DNA of 64,000 bases, taken from the NCBI GenBank assembly GCA_031400185.1, contig JANNPN010000214.1, positions 5,205-69,204 on the forward strand, read 5' to 3'. Below the pieces are notes generated by a model. It saw only the letters and a program-made list of their open reading frames with translations. It searched no databases and was not told the origin of the DNA. Position numbers and translations under genes: made by a program. How positions within the stretch are numbered: position 1 is the first letter of the stretch; every line of letters begins with the position of its first letter. Origin of the DNA: Polyangiaceae bacterium (GTDB lineage: Bacteria; Desulfobacterota; Binatia; UTPRO1). Below, one piece after another: positions 9,883 through 22,653 of this stretch.

Positions 9883-10025
9883 TCGAAAACCTTCCTTCCG
9901 GACCTCGGCACGTCGCCGGCGCGAGGCAGCCGGGGTGTCTCACATAGGGCCGGGCATGGCAAGCAACCGCCCACCCACGAAGTTCCTATAGGAGCCGAAA
10001 GCACGACCTGGTAGGACGCCTGCGA

Positions 10026-10631
10026 ATGTCGCTCAAGTACGCCATCCTGAGCTTGCTCTCCCACGATCCGCTGACCGGCTACGAGCTCATGAAGCTCTTC
10101 GACGGCTCCGTCGGATACTTCTGGCACGCGACGCACCCGCAGATCTACAAAGAGCTCGGTCGGCTCGAACGCGCCGGGCAGGTCGTGCACCGCAGCGTCG
10201 AGCAGCGAGGACGGCCGACCAAGAAGATCTACTCGCTGAGCGACCTGGGTCGGAACGAGCTGCTCGAATGGCTACACGTTCCCGCCGGGACGCAGCGAGT
10301 CAAAGACGAGATGATGCTGAAGACTTTCTGCTGCGGCCTCTTGTCCGAGGCGGAAGCTCTGGACCTGGTCCGCCGCCATCGTCAGCAGCACGAGGTCAAG
10401 CTGCAACGCTACCAAGAGCTGGAGCGCTTTCTCGAGAGCGGCCTCAACACGGCGAACCGCGATCGACTCGGACCGTATCTGACGTTGCTTCGCGGCATCC
10501 GCTACGAGCGCGACTACATCGGGTGGTGCGACGAAGCCGTGCGGCTGCTCCGTCGGATCGACCACGCGCTCCCGCCGCAACCCGTGTCCCGAGAGATGAC
10601 CGCGAAAGCCCCGCGCAAACGCAGGAGCTGA
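10026..10631 (+). CDS. PadR family transcriptional regulator (with C-terminal dimerization domain)
   Basis: N-terminal wHTH LSLLSHDPLTGYELMKLF...WHATHPQIYKELGRLERAG characteristic of PadR. Confidence 0.85.
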   Translation: MSLKYAILSLLSHDPLTGYELMKLFDGSVGYFWHATHPQIYKELGRLERAGQVVHRSVEQRGRPTKKIYSLSDLGRNELLEWLHVPAGTQRVKDEMMLKTFCCGLLSEAEALDLVRRHRQQHEVKLQRYQELERFLESGLNTANRDRLGPYLTLLRGIRYERDYIGWCDEAVRLLRRIDHALPPQPVSREMTAKAPRKRRS

Positions 10632-10637
10632 CGCCTC

Positions 10638-13157
10638 TTACGACCCGGTCGGTTCGACCGTACCGGCGTCGTTGGCAACACCGTTTCCGGCTGTTCCGTT
10701 GCTGGTGCCGGTGCCGCCGTCCTCCTCGTCCTGTTCCGCAAGACGCGCGAGACTGACGACGCGCTCGCCTTCCTCGATGTCGATGAGGCGCACGCCCTGG
10801 GTGTTCCGACCGATCACGCGAATGTCCGCGACGCGGAGGCGAATGATTTTTCCCGTGCTCGTCACGAGCATCAGGTTGTCCTCATCCGTCACTTGCTGGA
10901 CGCCGATCACGGCGCCGGTCCGGTCCGTCGCCTTCATCGTGATGATGCCTTTGCCGCCGCGCGACTGGACCCGGTACTCGGCGATGTCGGTGCGCTTCCC
11001 GTAGCCGTTCTCCGCGACCGTGAGCACGCTTGCACCCGGGCTAAGGATCTCGAGGCTCACGACTTCGTCGTTTTCCTCGAGCGTGATGCCCTTCACGCCT
11101 CCGGCGCTCCGGCCCATGCTGCGGACGTCGCCTTCGGCGAAGCGAATCGCCTGGCCGTCGCGAGTCGTGAGGATCACCTCTTGTTGCCCGTCCGTGAGCC
11201 GGACGCCGATCAACTCGTCGTTCGTGTCGAGATTGATAGCGATGATCCCGGACGGACGCGGGTTCGCGTACGCCATCAGGTCCGTCTTCTTTACGACGCC
11301 TTGCTTCGTCGCGAAGAACACGAAGTGGTTCTCGCGGAACTCGCGGACCGGCAAGAAGGCAGAGATCTTCTCGTCAGGCTTCAGCTCGAGCAGGTTGACG
11401 ATGGCCTTGCCGCGCGCCGCCCGTCCTGCCTGCGGGACCTCGTGCACCTTGATCCAGTACACTTTGCCTGCGGTCGTGAAGAACAGGAGGAAGCTGTGCG
11501 TCGAGGCGATGAACAGGTGCTCGACGAAGTCTTCCTCGCGCGTCGTTGCGCCGATCTTGCCCTTGCCCCCGCGACGCTGGGCTCGGTACAGGGACACCGG
11601 GTTCCGCTTGATGTAGCCCTCGTGCGAGATCGTGACCGCCATGTCCTCGTCGGCGATCATGTCCTCGATCGAGATGTCGCCGATCTCGTCGACGATCTCC
11701 GTGCGTCGGGCGTCCCCGTACGTCTCTTTGAGGTCGCGCATTTCCTGAACGATGATCTTGGAGATTTCGCGCTCGTCCGAGAGGATCGCGCGCAAGCGCA
11801 CGATCAGCGCCTCGACCTCGCGGTACTCCTCGATGATCTTGTCGCGCTCGAGGTTCGTGAGCCGTTGCAAGCGCATGTCGAGGATCGCTTGTGCTTGCAG
11901 CTCGGACAGGGAGAACGTCGCGACCAAACCATCCTTGGCGATCGCAGGGTTTGCGGCTTTGCGGATGAGCGCGATCACCGCGTCGAGGTTCTCGATCGCG
12001 ATCTTCAAGCCTTCGAGGATGTGTAGCCGGTCCTCCGCCTTCCGCAGGTCGAAGATGGTCCGTCGAGTGACGACCTCGACTCGGTGGGCGACGAAGTGCT
12101 GCAGCATGGCCTTGAGACTCAGCAGCCGCGGGCGATTCTCGACGATCGCCAGCATGATCATCCCGAAGGACTCCTGCATCGGCGTCATCTTGTAGAGCTG
12201 GTTCAGCACGATCTCCGGCACGGCATCGCGCCGGAGCTCGACGACGACGCGCATGCCTTGCCGATCGGATTCGTCGCGGAGATCGTAGATGCCCTCGATA
12301 CGCTTCTCGTTCACGAGCTCCGCGATGCGCTCGAGGAGACGGGCCTTGTTCACTTGGTAGGGGATCTCCGTGACGATGATGCTCGTTCGATTGCTCTTCT
12401 TGTCGACCTCGGTGGTGGCGCGAGCGCGGACCTGCAGGACGCCTTTCCCGGTCTCGTAGGCTTCCCGGATCGGCCCCCTGCCGTGAATGAACCCGGCTGT
12501 CGGGAAATCCGGCCCTGGAACGTGTTGCATCAGCTCGACGACGGTGATCCCGGGGTTCGCGATCAGTGCGATCACTGCGTCGGTGAGCTCGTTCAGGTTG
12601 TGCGGCGGGATGTTCGTGGTCATTCCGACGGCGATCCCCGAGCTGCCGTTCAAGAGCAGGTTCGGAAGCTTCGCGGGCATCACCCGCGGCTCTTTCAGCG
12701 TCTCGTCGTAGTTCGGGCTGAACTCGACGGTCTCCTTGTCGAGGTCCGCCAGCAGCTCGCTCGCGATTCGCGCCATGCGGATCTCGGTGTACCGCATGGC
12801 GGCCGCCGGATCGCCGTCGACCGAGCCGAAGTTGCCCTGGCCGTCGACCAGCGGGTAACGCATCGAGAAGTCCTGCGCCATGCGAACGATGGCGTCGTAC
12901 ACCGCCGAGTCGCCGTGCGGGTGGTACTTGCCGATGACGTCGCCGACAACACGCGCCGACTTTTTGTAGCCCCGATTCCACTCGTTCCCGAGGTCGTACA
13001 TCGCGTAGAGAATGCGGCGATGCACCGGTTTCAACCCGTCGCGCACGTCGGGTAGCGCGCGGCGAATGATGACGCTCATTGCGTAGTCCATGTAGGACTG
13101 ACGCATTTCGTCTTCGATGTTGACCGGAATCCGGTTGTGCTTGAGCGGTGACTCCAT
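10638..13157 (-). CDS. gyrA: DNA gyrase subunit A
   Basis: 839 aa; [23 protein letters not shown], active-site Tyr region, C-terminal beta-pinwheel repeats. Confidence 0.95.
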   Translation of the reverse strand: MESPLKHNRIPVNIEDEMRQSYMDYAMSVIIRRALPDVRDGLKPVHRRILYAMYDLGNEWNRGYKKSARVVGDVIGKYHPHGDSAVYDAIVRMAQDFSMRYPLVDGQGNFGSVDGDPAAAMRYTEIRMARIASELLADLDKETVEFSPNYDETLKEPRVMPAKLPNLLLNGSSGIAVGMTTNIPPHNLNELTDAVIALIANPGITVVELMQHVPGPDFPTAGFIHGRGPIREAYETGKGVLQVRARATTEVDKKSNRTSIIVTEIPYQVNKARLLERIAELVNEKRIEGIYDLRDESDRQGMRVVVELRRDAVPEIVLNQLYKMTPMQESFGMIMLAIVENRPRLLSLKAMLQHFVAHRVEVVTRRTIFDLRKAEDRLHILEGLKIAIENLDAVIALIRKAANPAIAKDGLVATFSLSELQAQAILDMRLQRLTNLERDKIIEEYREVEALIVRLRAILSDEREISKIIVQEMRDLKETYGDARRTEIVDEIGDISIEDMIADEDMAVTISHEGYIKRNPVSLYRAQRRGGKGKIGATTREEDFVEHLFIASTHSFLLFFTTAGKVYWIKVHEVPQAGRAARGKAIVNLLELKPDEKISAFLPVREFRENHFVFFATKQGVVKKTDLMAYANPRPSGIIAINLDTNDELIGVRLTDGQQEVILTTRDGQAIRFAEGDVRSMGRSAGGVKGITLEENDEVVSLEILSPGASVLTVAENGYGKRTDIAEYRVQSRGGKGIITMKATDRTGAVIGVQQVTDEDNLMLVTSTGKIIRLRVADIRVIGRNTQGVRLIDIEEGERVVSLARLAEQDEEDGGTGTSNGTAGNGVANDAGTVEPTGS

Positions 13158-13168
13158 CGGTCAGGGCA

Positions 13169-15613
<2,445 letters not shown>

Positions 15614-15725
15614 CTAGCGCGACGGGGCCGACCCACGGCCCTCCCAAACCCCGCTCCATCCCCTCACCTGCAGCCTAGCAAGCGGGTGCCGAAGGGTAAA
15701 GCTTTCCGCCTTCTACATCCGCGGC

Positions 15726-16841
15726 TTAGAGCCGCATCGGCATGACAACGTAGGAGTAGGTTTCATCCTCCTGCATGCGCAGGATTCCGGGGCTCACCTC
15801 GTCGGTGAGGCCGATCTCGACGATGCCGGACACGCCGCTCAGTTGCAGCACGTCGAGCAAATAGCGAGCGTTGAACCCGATCGCGAACTCGTCGCCGGCG
15901 TAGTCTGCCTCGAGCTCCTCGCGGGCCTCACCAATGTCGGGGTTGGTCGTTGCAACCTCGAGCAGCCCGTTCTCGACGCGGAGCTTCACGCCTCGGGCAC
16001 GTTCGCTGGAGAGAATCGACACGCGGCGCAGCGCACCAAGCAGCTCTGCGCTCCCGACTCTGACATGTCGCTTGCTTTCTTTCGGAATCACCTGCCGGTA
16101 GTCGGGGAACTCACCCTCGATCAGGCGCATGAACAGCTCGACGCCGGCGCGCTCGATCCGAGCGAGATTTCCGCCGATCGAGAAGCTGATCTCGCCGTCG
16201 CCGACTTCGAGCAGACGACGCGCTTCGACGAGACCCTTCCGCGGCAGAATGACCCCGGGCTTGATCTCGACTCCCGTGACCTCGCGTTCGACGAGAGCAA
16301 GCCGGTGGCCGTCGGTCGCCACCATGCGGACCTGGTTCTTCTCGACGCTTTCGATGAACACGCCGCCGAGACTCAAACGGGTCTCGTCGGTGGAGACCGC
16401 GAACAGCGTCTTCTCGATCATCTCGCCAAGCGCGTCACTCGGGAGATGCATTACCACCGTGCCCTTTTTCGCCGCGGGAGTCGCTGCTGGAATGCTCGGG
16501 AAATCCTTCGGGTCGATCGAAAGCATACGGTACCGAGCGCGGCCGCCCGTCACCTCGACGCTCCCGCCGCCGGCCTTCAGGACCACCTCGTCGCTCGGAA
16601 GCTCGCGAACGATCTCGTAGAGCTTCCGCGCGTTCAGGGTGATCGAGCCCGCCTGTGCGACCTTTCCCCGACACGATCGGCGAACGCCGACTTCCAGGTC
16701 GGTGGCGGTCAGTTGAATGTCAGCTCCAGTGGCCTCGATCAGGACGTTCGCGAGGATCGGAAGCGTGTTGCGCTTCTCGACGACTCCTTGGGTCAGGTAG
16801 AGGCCTTGCAAGAAGTCGTTCTTTTCGACGCGAAGATCCAT
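15726..16841 (-). CDS. dnaN: DNA polymerase III beta sliding clamp
   Basis: 371 aa, three-domain clamp, position between dnaA and gyrB. Confidence 0.9.
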   Translation of the reverse strand: MDLRVEKNDFLQGLYLTQGVVEKRNTLPILANVLIEATGADIQLTATDLEVGVRRSCRGKVAQAGSITLNARKLYEIVRELPSDEVVLKAGGGSVEVTGGRARYRMLSIDPKDFPSIPAATPAAKKGTVVMHLPSDALGEMIEKTLFAVSTDETRLSLGGVFIESVEKNQVRMVATDGHRLALVEREVTGVEIKPGVILPRKGLVEARRLLEVGDGEISFSIGGNLARIERAGVELFMRLIEGEFPDYRQVIPKESKRHVRVGSAELLGALRRVSILSSERARGVKLRVENGLLEVATTNPDIGEAREELEADYAGDEFAIGFNARYLLDVLQLSGVSGIVEIGLTDEVSPGILRMQEDETYSYVVMPMRL

Positions 16842-17096
16842 CGTCCAGGGTCCCTCGGTAAGAAAGCGAGCCTTTGTAGCCTAGTGTCTTTAGAGAAGTA
16901 AATTAGAAGAGCTAGTAGTAGTAGGCACGCGGATTCGGTGGATACAGGGGCCAACTAGCGAAGGTCGCAGCGTTTCACTTGTGCACGCCGGTGGACGGAG
17001 CACCCACGATGAAGCCAACGCACGACGTCTGGTCGTCCGTGTCCCCAGGGGCTCCAGCGAGAATCCCCACGCCATCCAACGATCATCCACAGGCAG
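16842..17096. other. putative oriC (dnaA-dnaN intergenic): AT-rich stretch ~16870-16925 plus DnaA-box-like 9-mers (TCATCCACA at ~17080; GGTGGATAC; TTGTGCACG)
   Basis: Local AT-rich segment ttgtagcctagtgtctttagagaagtaaattagaagagctagtagtagtagg in a ~70% GC genome; DnaA-box variants by eye. Confidence 0.4.
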
Positions 17097-18443
17097 TCAG
17101 GATTTCGTTCGCGCGAGTCGTTCGAGCTCGTCGATCACCGCGCGGAGCTGGTGGTCGTCCTTGAGACGGCGCTCGATCGTGTTGTTCCCGTGAATGACGG
17201 TCGAGTGGTCGCGCCCACCGAAGCGCTCGCCGATGACGGGGAATGACGACCCGGTGAGCTTGCGGGCGAGAAACATCGCGATCTGGCGTGGGAACGCGAT
17301 GTTGCGTGTCCGCTTCTGCGAGAGCAGGTCGCCGAGACGAATACCGTGATGCTCGCACACGACGCGTTGGATGGTCTCGATGCTCACGGTCGACCGGTCG
17401 CGCAGGAGATCCTGGAGGACGTGGCGGGCGAAATCCACGGTGATGGCGGTCTTGGAGAGCGAGGCGAAAGCCGAAAGACGCGTCAGGCACCCTTCGAGCT
17501 CACGGACGTTCGAGTCGATCTTCGAAGCGAGGTGGATGGCGACCTCACGCGGAAGCTCGAGACCGTCAATTTCGGCCTTCTTCTCGAGGATCGCGACGCG
17601 GGTCTCCATGTCCGGCGGCTGAACATCGGCGATGAGCCCCCACTCGAAGCGATTGCGCAGACGTTCCTCCAGGCCGGGGATGTCCTTCGGTACCGTGTCG
17701 GACGTGAGGATGATCTGCTTGTGCGACTCGTGCAGAGCGTTGAAGGTGTGGAAGAACTCTTCCTGCGTGCGCTCGCGGTTCGCCAGGAACTGCACGTCGT
17801 CGACGATCAGGATATCGATCTTCCGAAACGTGGATTTGAACTCCTCCATCCGGTCGCGGCGGAGCGCTGTGATCAGTTGGGTCATGAACACTTCGGCGCT
17901 CAGATACGCGACGCGTGTCTCGGAGTCGGCCTCGAGGGCGGCGTGACCGATCGCATTCGCGAGGTGGGTCTTGCCGAGCCCGACGCCGCCGTAGAGGAAG
18001 AGCGGATTGTAGTGGTGTCCAGGTTGGGCGGCGACCGCTTTGCACGCGGCGTTCGCGAACTGGTTGCTCGCCCCGACCACGAAAGTTGCGAAGGTATACC
18101 GCGGCACCAGGGCGCCGAACCGGATCGGGCGTCGTTTGCCCGCAGGCGCGTCGCCAGGGAAAAGCTCGCCTTGCGCACGGCCCGCGACGATTACGCTCAC
18201 GCGGCACGGCTTCCCGACTGCGCGCATCGCATCCTCGAGACCGCCGGGATAGTGCAACGTCATCCAGCTCGCGGCAGTTGTCGTCGGCGCAACCAGTCGG
18301 AGCTCGTCGCCGTCCATGCCGGCGAACCGTAACGTCTCGACGCCGGATTGGAACGCTTCGCGTCCGAAGCGAGCCAACAAGATCTCACGTGCACGCTGCC
18401 ACGCGAGATCGGGCGCATCTTCAACGGGTGCCGGGCGGCTCAT
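17097..18443 (-). CDS. dnaA: chromosomal replication initiator DnaA (start moved to internal Met; ORF upstream extension looks non-coding)
   Basis: Domain I-like N-term, AAA+ GGVGLGKTHL Walker A, C-terminal DNA-binding domain; 448 aa from MSRPAPVED. Confidence 0.9.
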   Translation of the reverse strand: MSRPAPVEDAPDLAWQRAREILLARFGREAFQSGVETLRFAGMDGDELRLVAPTTTAASWMTLHYPGGLEDAMRAVGKPCRVSVIVAGRAQGELFPGDAPAGKRRPIRFGALVPRYTFATFVVGASNQFANAACKAVAAQPGHHYNPLFLYGGVGLGKTHLANAIGHAALEADSETRVAYLSAEVFMTQLITALRRDRMEEFKSTFRKIDILIVDDVQFLANRERTQEEFFHTFNALHESHKQIILTSDTVPKDIPGLEERLRNRFEWGLIADVQPPDMETRVAILEKKAEIDGLELPREVAIHLASKIDSNVRELEGCLTRLSAFASLSKTAITVDFARHVLQDLLRDRSTVSIETIQRVVCEHHGIRLGDLLSQKRTRNIAFPRQIAMFLARKLTGSSFPVIGERFGGRDHSTVIHGNNTIERRLKDDHQLRAVIDELERLARTKS

Positions 18444-18628
18444 CGCGTCCGCAGCCAATGTCGTGTCACAGGGCAGACCCAGGAACGGCGAGACGCGGAT
18501 CTGTAGACGCTTTGCCGGGGGTTCGCAAGCAAAAATCTTCGCGACCGGCGCGGAGCGGCGCACGTTGATTGCCTCTGACCGCAGTGGTACCTGCAGCACC
18601 TCGCGCTCGCCGCGCTTTCCGTGTCGCT

Positions 18629-19906
18629 GTGACGACGCTCTCGACAAAGCTCTACGACGAAGCGTCCCGGCTCTTTCCCGGGGGCGTCAACAGCCCCGTA
18701 CGCGCGTGGCGGAACGTTGACGGGACACCGCTTTTCATCTCGCGTGCGCGCGGTGCGACCATCACCGATGCGGACGGACGCACATACCGCGATTTCGTCG
18801 GGTCGTGGGGCGCCGCGATCGCCGGCCACGCGCATCCCGACGTCGTCGCCGCAGTGAATCGAGCCGTCGCGTCGGGTCTCGGCTTCGGCGCGCCGACGCC
18901 CGCAGAGATCGCGCTCGGGCGAGCCATCACCGAAGCGATGCCGTCGATTCAGCGCATCCGCATGGTGAACTCCGGCACCGAGGCGACGATGTCCGCGATC
19001 CGCGTCGCTCGCGCGTTCACCGGGCGGCCGAAGATCCTCAAGTTCGCCGGGTGCTATCACGGGCATTCCGACGGCCTGTTGGCTCGAGCCGGCTCTGGGG
19101 CGCTCACGTTCGGAGTACCCGACAGCGCAGGAGTCCCGGAGTCGGTGGCCTCGAACACGCTCGTCGCGGCGTTCAATTCGGCCGAGGCCGAGGCGTATCT
19201 CGAGGCGTACGGCAACGAGCTCGCGGCGGTCATCGTCGAGCCGATCGCGGCCAACATGGGCGTCGTCCCCCCCGCGCCCGGTTTCCTCGAGCGTCTGCGG
19301 GAAGCGACGCGGAACCACGGTACCCTGCTGATCTTCGACGAGGTGATCTCCGGCTTCCGTGTCGCGCGCGGCGGAGCTCAAGCGCTCCTCGGGATCGAGC
19401 CAGACCTTACGTGTCTCGGCAAGATCATCGGGGGCGGCCTACCCGTAGGCGCGTTCGGTGGACGACGCGACGTCATGGAGTTGCTCGCCCCGCTCGGGCC
19501 CGTCTACCAAGCAGGAACGCTCTCCGGGAACCCCGTGACCATGGCCGCGGGAAACGCGACGCTCGGCGTACTCGATGCAAAGGCTTTTGGCCGTCTCGAG
19601 ACGATGGGAAGGCACATTGCGGCCGGGCTCGAAGAAGCATTGCGCCGGACGGGCATCGTCGGCTGCGTGCAACGGGTCGGATCGATGTTCACCCTCTTAT
19701 TCGGCGTCGAATCCGCGGCGAACCTGGTCGAGGTGGAGCGTGCAGACCGGGACCGCTTCCGACGGTTCTTTTACGGCATGCTCGAGCGAGGCTTCTACCT
19801 CCCCCCCTCGCCGTTCGAGGCGTCCTTCGTGTCGCTGGCGCACACGGAAGCGGACGTCGACGCGTTTGTCGCCGCGGCGGTCGAAACCTTGCAGTCGCTC
19901 GAGTGA
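18629..19906 (+). CDS. hemL: glutamate-1-semialdehyde 2,1-aminomutase HemL (GTG start chosen)
   Basis: LFPGGVNSPVRA N-terminal signature, class-III PLP aminotransferase, ~426 aa; divergent from dnaA. Confidence 0.85.
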   Translation: MTTLSTKLYDEASRLFPGGVNSPVRAWRNVDGTPLFISRARGATITDADGRTYRDFVGSWGAAIAGHAHPDVVAAVNRAVASGLGFGAPTPAEIALGRAITEAMPSIQRIRMVNSGTEATMSAIRVARAFTGRPKILKFAGCYHGHSDGLLARAGSGALTFGVPDSAGVPESVASNTLVAAFNSAEAEAYLEAYGNELAAVIVEPIAANMGVVPPAPGFLERLREATRNHGTLLIFDEVISGFRVARGGAQALLGIEPDLTCLGKIIGGGLPVGAFGGRRDVMELLAPLGPVYQAGTLSGNPVTMAAGNATLGVLDAKAFGRLETMGRHIAAGLEEALRRTGIVGCVQRVGSMFTLLFGVESAANLVEVERADRDRFRRFFYGMLERGFYLPPSPFEASFVSLAHTEADVDAFVAAAVETLQSLE

Positions 19907-19909
19907 GCC

Positions 19910-20143
19910 GTGCCTAGGACCGGCGATCCAGGCAACGAATCCGCCTTCTTTCGCTATGCCAAGTATTCGGCGGTCGCGTTTGAGTTCATCGGGTCCATAC
20001 TGGCTGGAGTTTTCGTCGGCAGTGCGCTAGACGGCTGGCTCCGAACCGAGCCGTGGCTGGTCCTCACCATGACGATCGCTGGCACCGTGATCGGATTCTA
20101 CCGCATGATCCAGATTCTTCAGCGCCTGCAACGCAACCAATGA
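19910..20143 (+). CDS. AtpZ/AtpR-like small membrane protein preceding ATP synthase genes
   Basis: 77 aa, two TM helices, immediately upstream of atpI-atpB-atpE, GTG start. Confidence 0.5.
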   Translation: MPRTGDPGNESAFFRYAKYSAVAFEFIGSILAGVFVGSALDGWLRTEPWLVLTMTIAGTVIGFYRMIQILQRLQRNQ

Positions 20144-20511
20144 ACGTTCGCCTGAATCGCATCCAGGGTCTGGTGTTGTCGATCACGACCATAGTGGCCG
20201 TGATCGCCCTGACCGTCGGGTTCACCACCCCGTTCGGCATCGTCCTCGGTGGCATGGCAGCCTGGCTCGATTTCGTCGTGATTCGAGGGCTCGTAGCCGC
20301 GATGCTGGCGCGCAAGCCCGCTAAGGAACACATTGTGCCGATGGCGCTTGCCAAGTCACTGGTGCTGGTCACCGTTCCTGCCGTCGCGTTACTTCTGCCT
20401 GGATCGCTGGTGAGCGGCGTCTCGTTCGCGATCGGCGTCACCGCGTTGCCGGCGGCCATCGTGATCGACGCGTGTCTCGCGGTACCTCAGAGCGAAGTAG
20501 GAGAAGCGTAG
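20140..20511 (+). CDS. atpI: ATP synthase protein I (AtpI-like)
   Basis: 123 aa from MNVRLNRIQG, four hydrophobic helices, ATGA overlap with upstream ORF, directly precedes atpB. Confidence 0.55.
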   Translation: MNVRLNRIQGLVLSITTIVAVIALTVGFTTPFGIVLGGMAAWLDFVVIRGLVAAMLARKPAKEHIVPMALAKSLVLVTVPAVALLLPGSLVSGVSFAIGVTALPAAIVIDACLAVPQSEVGEA

Positions 20512-21204
20512 ATGGAGCACGGGTTTTCCTGGGTCCAGCAGATTCCGGGGTTGATGGCGCTCGAGCCGCACACGGCGACAGCGCTCTTGGTCATGGTCGG
20601 CCTCTTGTTGTTCGCGCTACGGGCGCGGCAGCAACTCGCCGCGACGGCCGACGTCACGGTTCCCGACGAGGGGTTCTCGGCGCGAAACGTCGGTGAGGTG
20701 ATCACGGAGTTCATCACGAACCTCTCCGAGAGCGTCATCGGGCATGACGGTCCGAAGTACGTCCCGCTCTTCGCGAGCTTTTTCGTCTTCATTCTCGCAT
20801 CGAACCTGATCGGTTTGATCCCGGGATTCACGCCGCCGACCGACAACTTCAACGTGACGCTCGCGCTCGGGGTCGTGTCGTTCGTCGCGTACAACTTCTA
20901 TGGCCTGCAGGCGCACGGGTTGGCGTACCTGAAGCAATTCATGGGTCCCCTGCTGCTCCTCGCGCCCCTCATGATCGTCGTCGAGCTGTTCAGCCATTTG
21001 TTCAGGCCCGCGTCTCTGGCGATTCGGCTCTACGGCAACATGTTCGCCGATCACCTGCTGCTCGGGATCTTCACCGATCTCACGAAGGTGCTGATTCCCG
21101 TGATTTTCTATTTGCTCGGTACCTTCGTCTCGCTGGTGCAGGCGCTCGTGTTCACCTTGCTCACCATGGTGTACGTCGGGCTCGCCATCAGCCACGACCA
21201 CTAG
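20512..21204 (+). CDS. atpB: ATP synthase F0 subunit a
   Basis: 230 aa; conserved LAIRLYGNMFADHLLL (essential Arg) and C-terminal helices; AGGAG RBS. Confidence 0.9.
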   Translation: MEHGFSWVQQIPGLMALEPHTATALLVMVGLLLFALRARQQLAATADVTVPDEGFSARNVGEVITEFITNLSESVIGHDGPKYVPLFASFFVFILASNLIGLIPGFTPPTDNFNVTLALGVVSFVAYNFYGLQAHGLAYLKQFMGPLLLLAPLMIVVELFSHLFRPASLAIRLYGNMFADHLLLGIFTDLTKVLIPVIFYLLGTFVSLVQALVFTLLTMVYVGLAISHDH

Positions 21205-21303
21205 GCATTCCCGCTTCATCCGGTTCGCACGGCGCCGCAGGTGGAAGAGGAAAGAGAAGGTGCGGGCGGCAGAATGCGGATCTTAACTAGGAGGGCTGTG
21301 CAT

Positions 21304-21621
21304 ATGTCGAGAATCGTGTGGTTCTTTCTTGCCGTCATCGGTTTCATGAGCATCGCGACCCCGAGCTTCGCCCAGGACGGCGGTGCCGACGCGGGGGGCT
21401 TGATCGCCCTCGGCGCGGGCCTCGGGATCGGGATCGCGGCGCTCGGCGTCGGTCTCGGTCAGGGTCGTGCGACCGCCGCCGCGATGGAAAGCATCGGCCG
21501 GAACCCGAACTCTGCCGACCGCATCTTCGTGCCGATGATCATCGGCCTGGCGCTCATGGAAGCACTCTGTCTCTACGCGCTGGTGATCGCGTTCTTCCTG
21601 CAGGGCAAGATCCCGGGCTGA
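21304..21621 (+). CDS. atpE: ATP synthase F0 subunit c with signal-peptide-like N-terminal extension
   Basis: 105 aa; TAGGAGGG RBS; helix-1 [16 protein letters not shown], helix-2 carboxylate in [13 protein letters not shown]; N-term [25 protein letters not shown] looks like a cleavable signal. Confidence 0.85.
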   Translation: MSRIVWFFLAVIGFMSIATPSFAQDGGADAGGLIALGAGLGIGIAALGVGLGQGRATAAAMESIGRNPNSADRIFVPMIIGLALMEALCLYALVIAFFLQGKIPG

Positions 21622-21665
21622 CGGCGAGGGCAAACGGACGCGCAGCGTCCAATGACCTAGCAGAC

Positions 21666-21703
21666 GCGAGGAGCGGGATGGTTTCCGCTCCTCGCGGTTT
21701 TTT
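21666..21703 (+). terminator. rho-independent terminator after atpE (GCGAGGAGCGG-loop-CCGCTCCTCGC followed by GGTTTTTTGG)
   Basis: Perfect 11-bp stem plus U-tract seen directly in sequence. Confidence 0.65.
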
Positions 21704-21818
21704 GGGGCTGCAGAAATCGCTTGGGCATTGGCGGAGCTTTGGGGTATGGTCGATTCAACCGACGCTCTGAAGCTCCGGATTTCCTGGCTCGACGTGGTGG
21801 TGGGGAAAGGAGGCTGCG

Positions 21819-22640
21819 GTGGAAGCAGTTTCTGGAGCAGCAAGAGGTGTAGCGTTCGCGGCGGGTCAGTTCATGAGCGGCCAGCGCATCTTGTTGGCCG
21901 CGATCCCGATCGAGCAGCTCCACCCCAATCCTCAACAACCGCGGAGATTCATCGACCCCGCCGGTCTCGATGAGCTCACTGAGTCCGTGCGTCAGCGCGG
22001 AGTGCTGCAGCCGATCATCGTCAAGCACGAGGGTGACGGCTATTTGATCATGGCCGGTGAGCGCCGCTACCGTGCGGCCAAAGCCGCCGGTCTGACGGTT
22101 ATGCCGGCGATCGTCCGCGACGACGATCCGAACGAGATCGCGCTGATCGAGAACCTTCAGCGCGAGGATTTGACGGCGCTCGAAGAAGCCGAAGGCCTCG
22201 GAGCGATGGTTGCCCGCTACGGCTACACGCACCAAGCCCTCGCGCAACTGCTCCACAAGAGCCGCCCATACGTTTCGAACACGCTCGTTCTGACGCGTCT
22301 TCCGGCCGAGGTGAAAGCCGAGCTGCACCGCTACCCGTCGATTTCGCGCGAGATCCTGATGACCATCGCTCGTCAGGAATCGGAAATCGAGATGCTGAAG
22401 CTCTGGCGGCGCGTCAAGCTCGCCAACATCTCCGTCCACAAGTTTCGCGAATCCCGGCGCACGGAGACCGGGGCCGAGCGTGCTCGCGAGGTGATGGCGG
22501 CCGCGCGTCGGGTGAACCGCAAGCTCCGGGATTTCGAAGCGACCGACCTGAGCGAGACGGAGCGACAGAAACTGGTTCGGGTGTTGCGCCGCACGCGCAA
22601 GCGCGTCGATCACATGCTTACCGCGATAGGTTCGTCCTGA
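21819..22640 (+). CDS. orphan ParB-like partition/DNA-binding protein paralog (start possibly internal Met ~21876)
   Basis: ParB N-domain with GERRYRAAKAAG and IENLQREDL boxes plus HTH; no adjacent parA. Confidence 0.75.
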   Translation: MEAVSGAARGVAFAAGQFMSGQRILLAAIPIEQLHPNPQQPRRFIDPAGLDELTESVRQRGVLQPIIVKHEGDGYLIMAGERRYRAAKAAGLTVMPAIVRDDDPNEIALIENLQREDLTALEEAEGLGAMVARYGYTHQALAQLLHKSRPYVSNTLVLTRLPAEVKAELHRYPSISREILMTIARQESEIEMLKLWRRVKLANISVHKFRESRRTETGAERAREVMAAARRVNRKLRDFEATDLSETERQKLVRVLRRTRKRVDHMLTAIGSS

Positions 22641-22653
22641 GCCGGTGCTTGTG

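Noticed and set aside
9975-9995. FRT-like half-site GAAGTTCCTATA
   Set aside because: Single 12-13-nt resemblance to the Flp target arm with no inverted partner at 8-bp spacing and no recombinase nearby; interpreted instead as a PadR-type operator palindrome.
10893-12981. Several 300-535-aa ORFs on both strands inside gyrA
   Set aside because: Alternate-frame and antisense shadows of gyrA; Arg/Asp/His-rich with no motifs.
18444-18647. 68-codon N-terminal extension of the dnaA ORF
   Set aside because: Does not resemble DnaA domain I, while the internal Met (MSRPAPVED…DLAWQRAREILL) does; treated as divergent promoter region shared with hemL.
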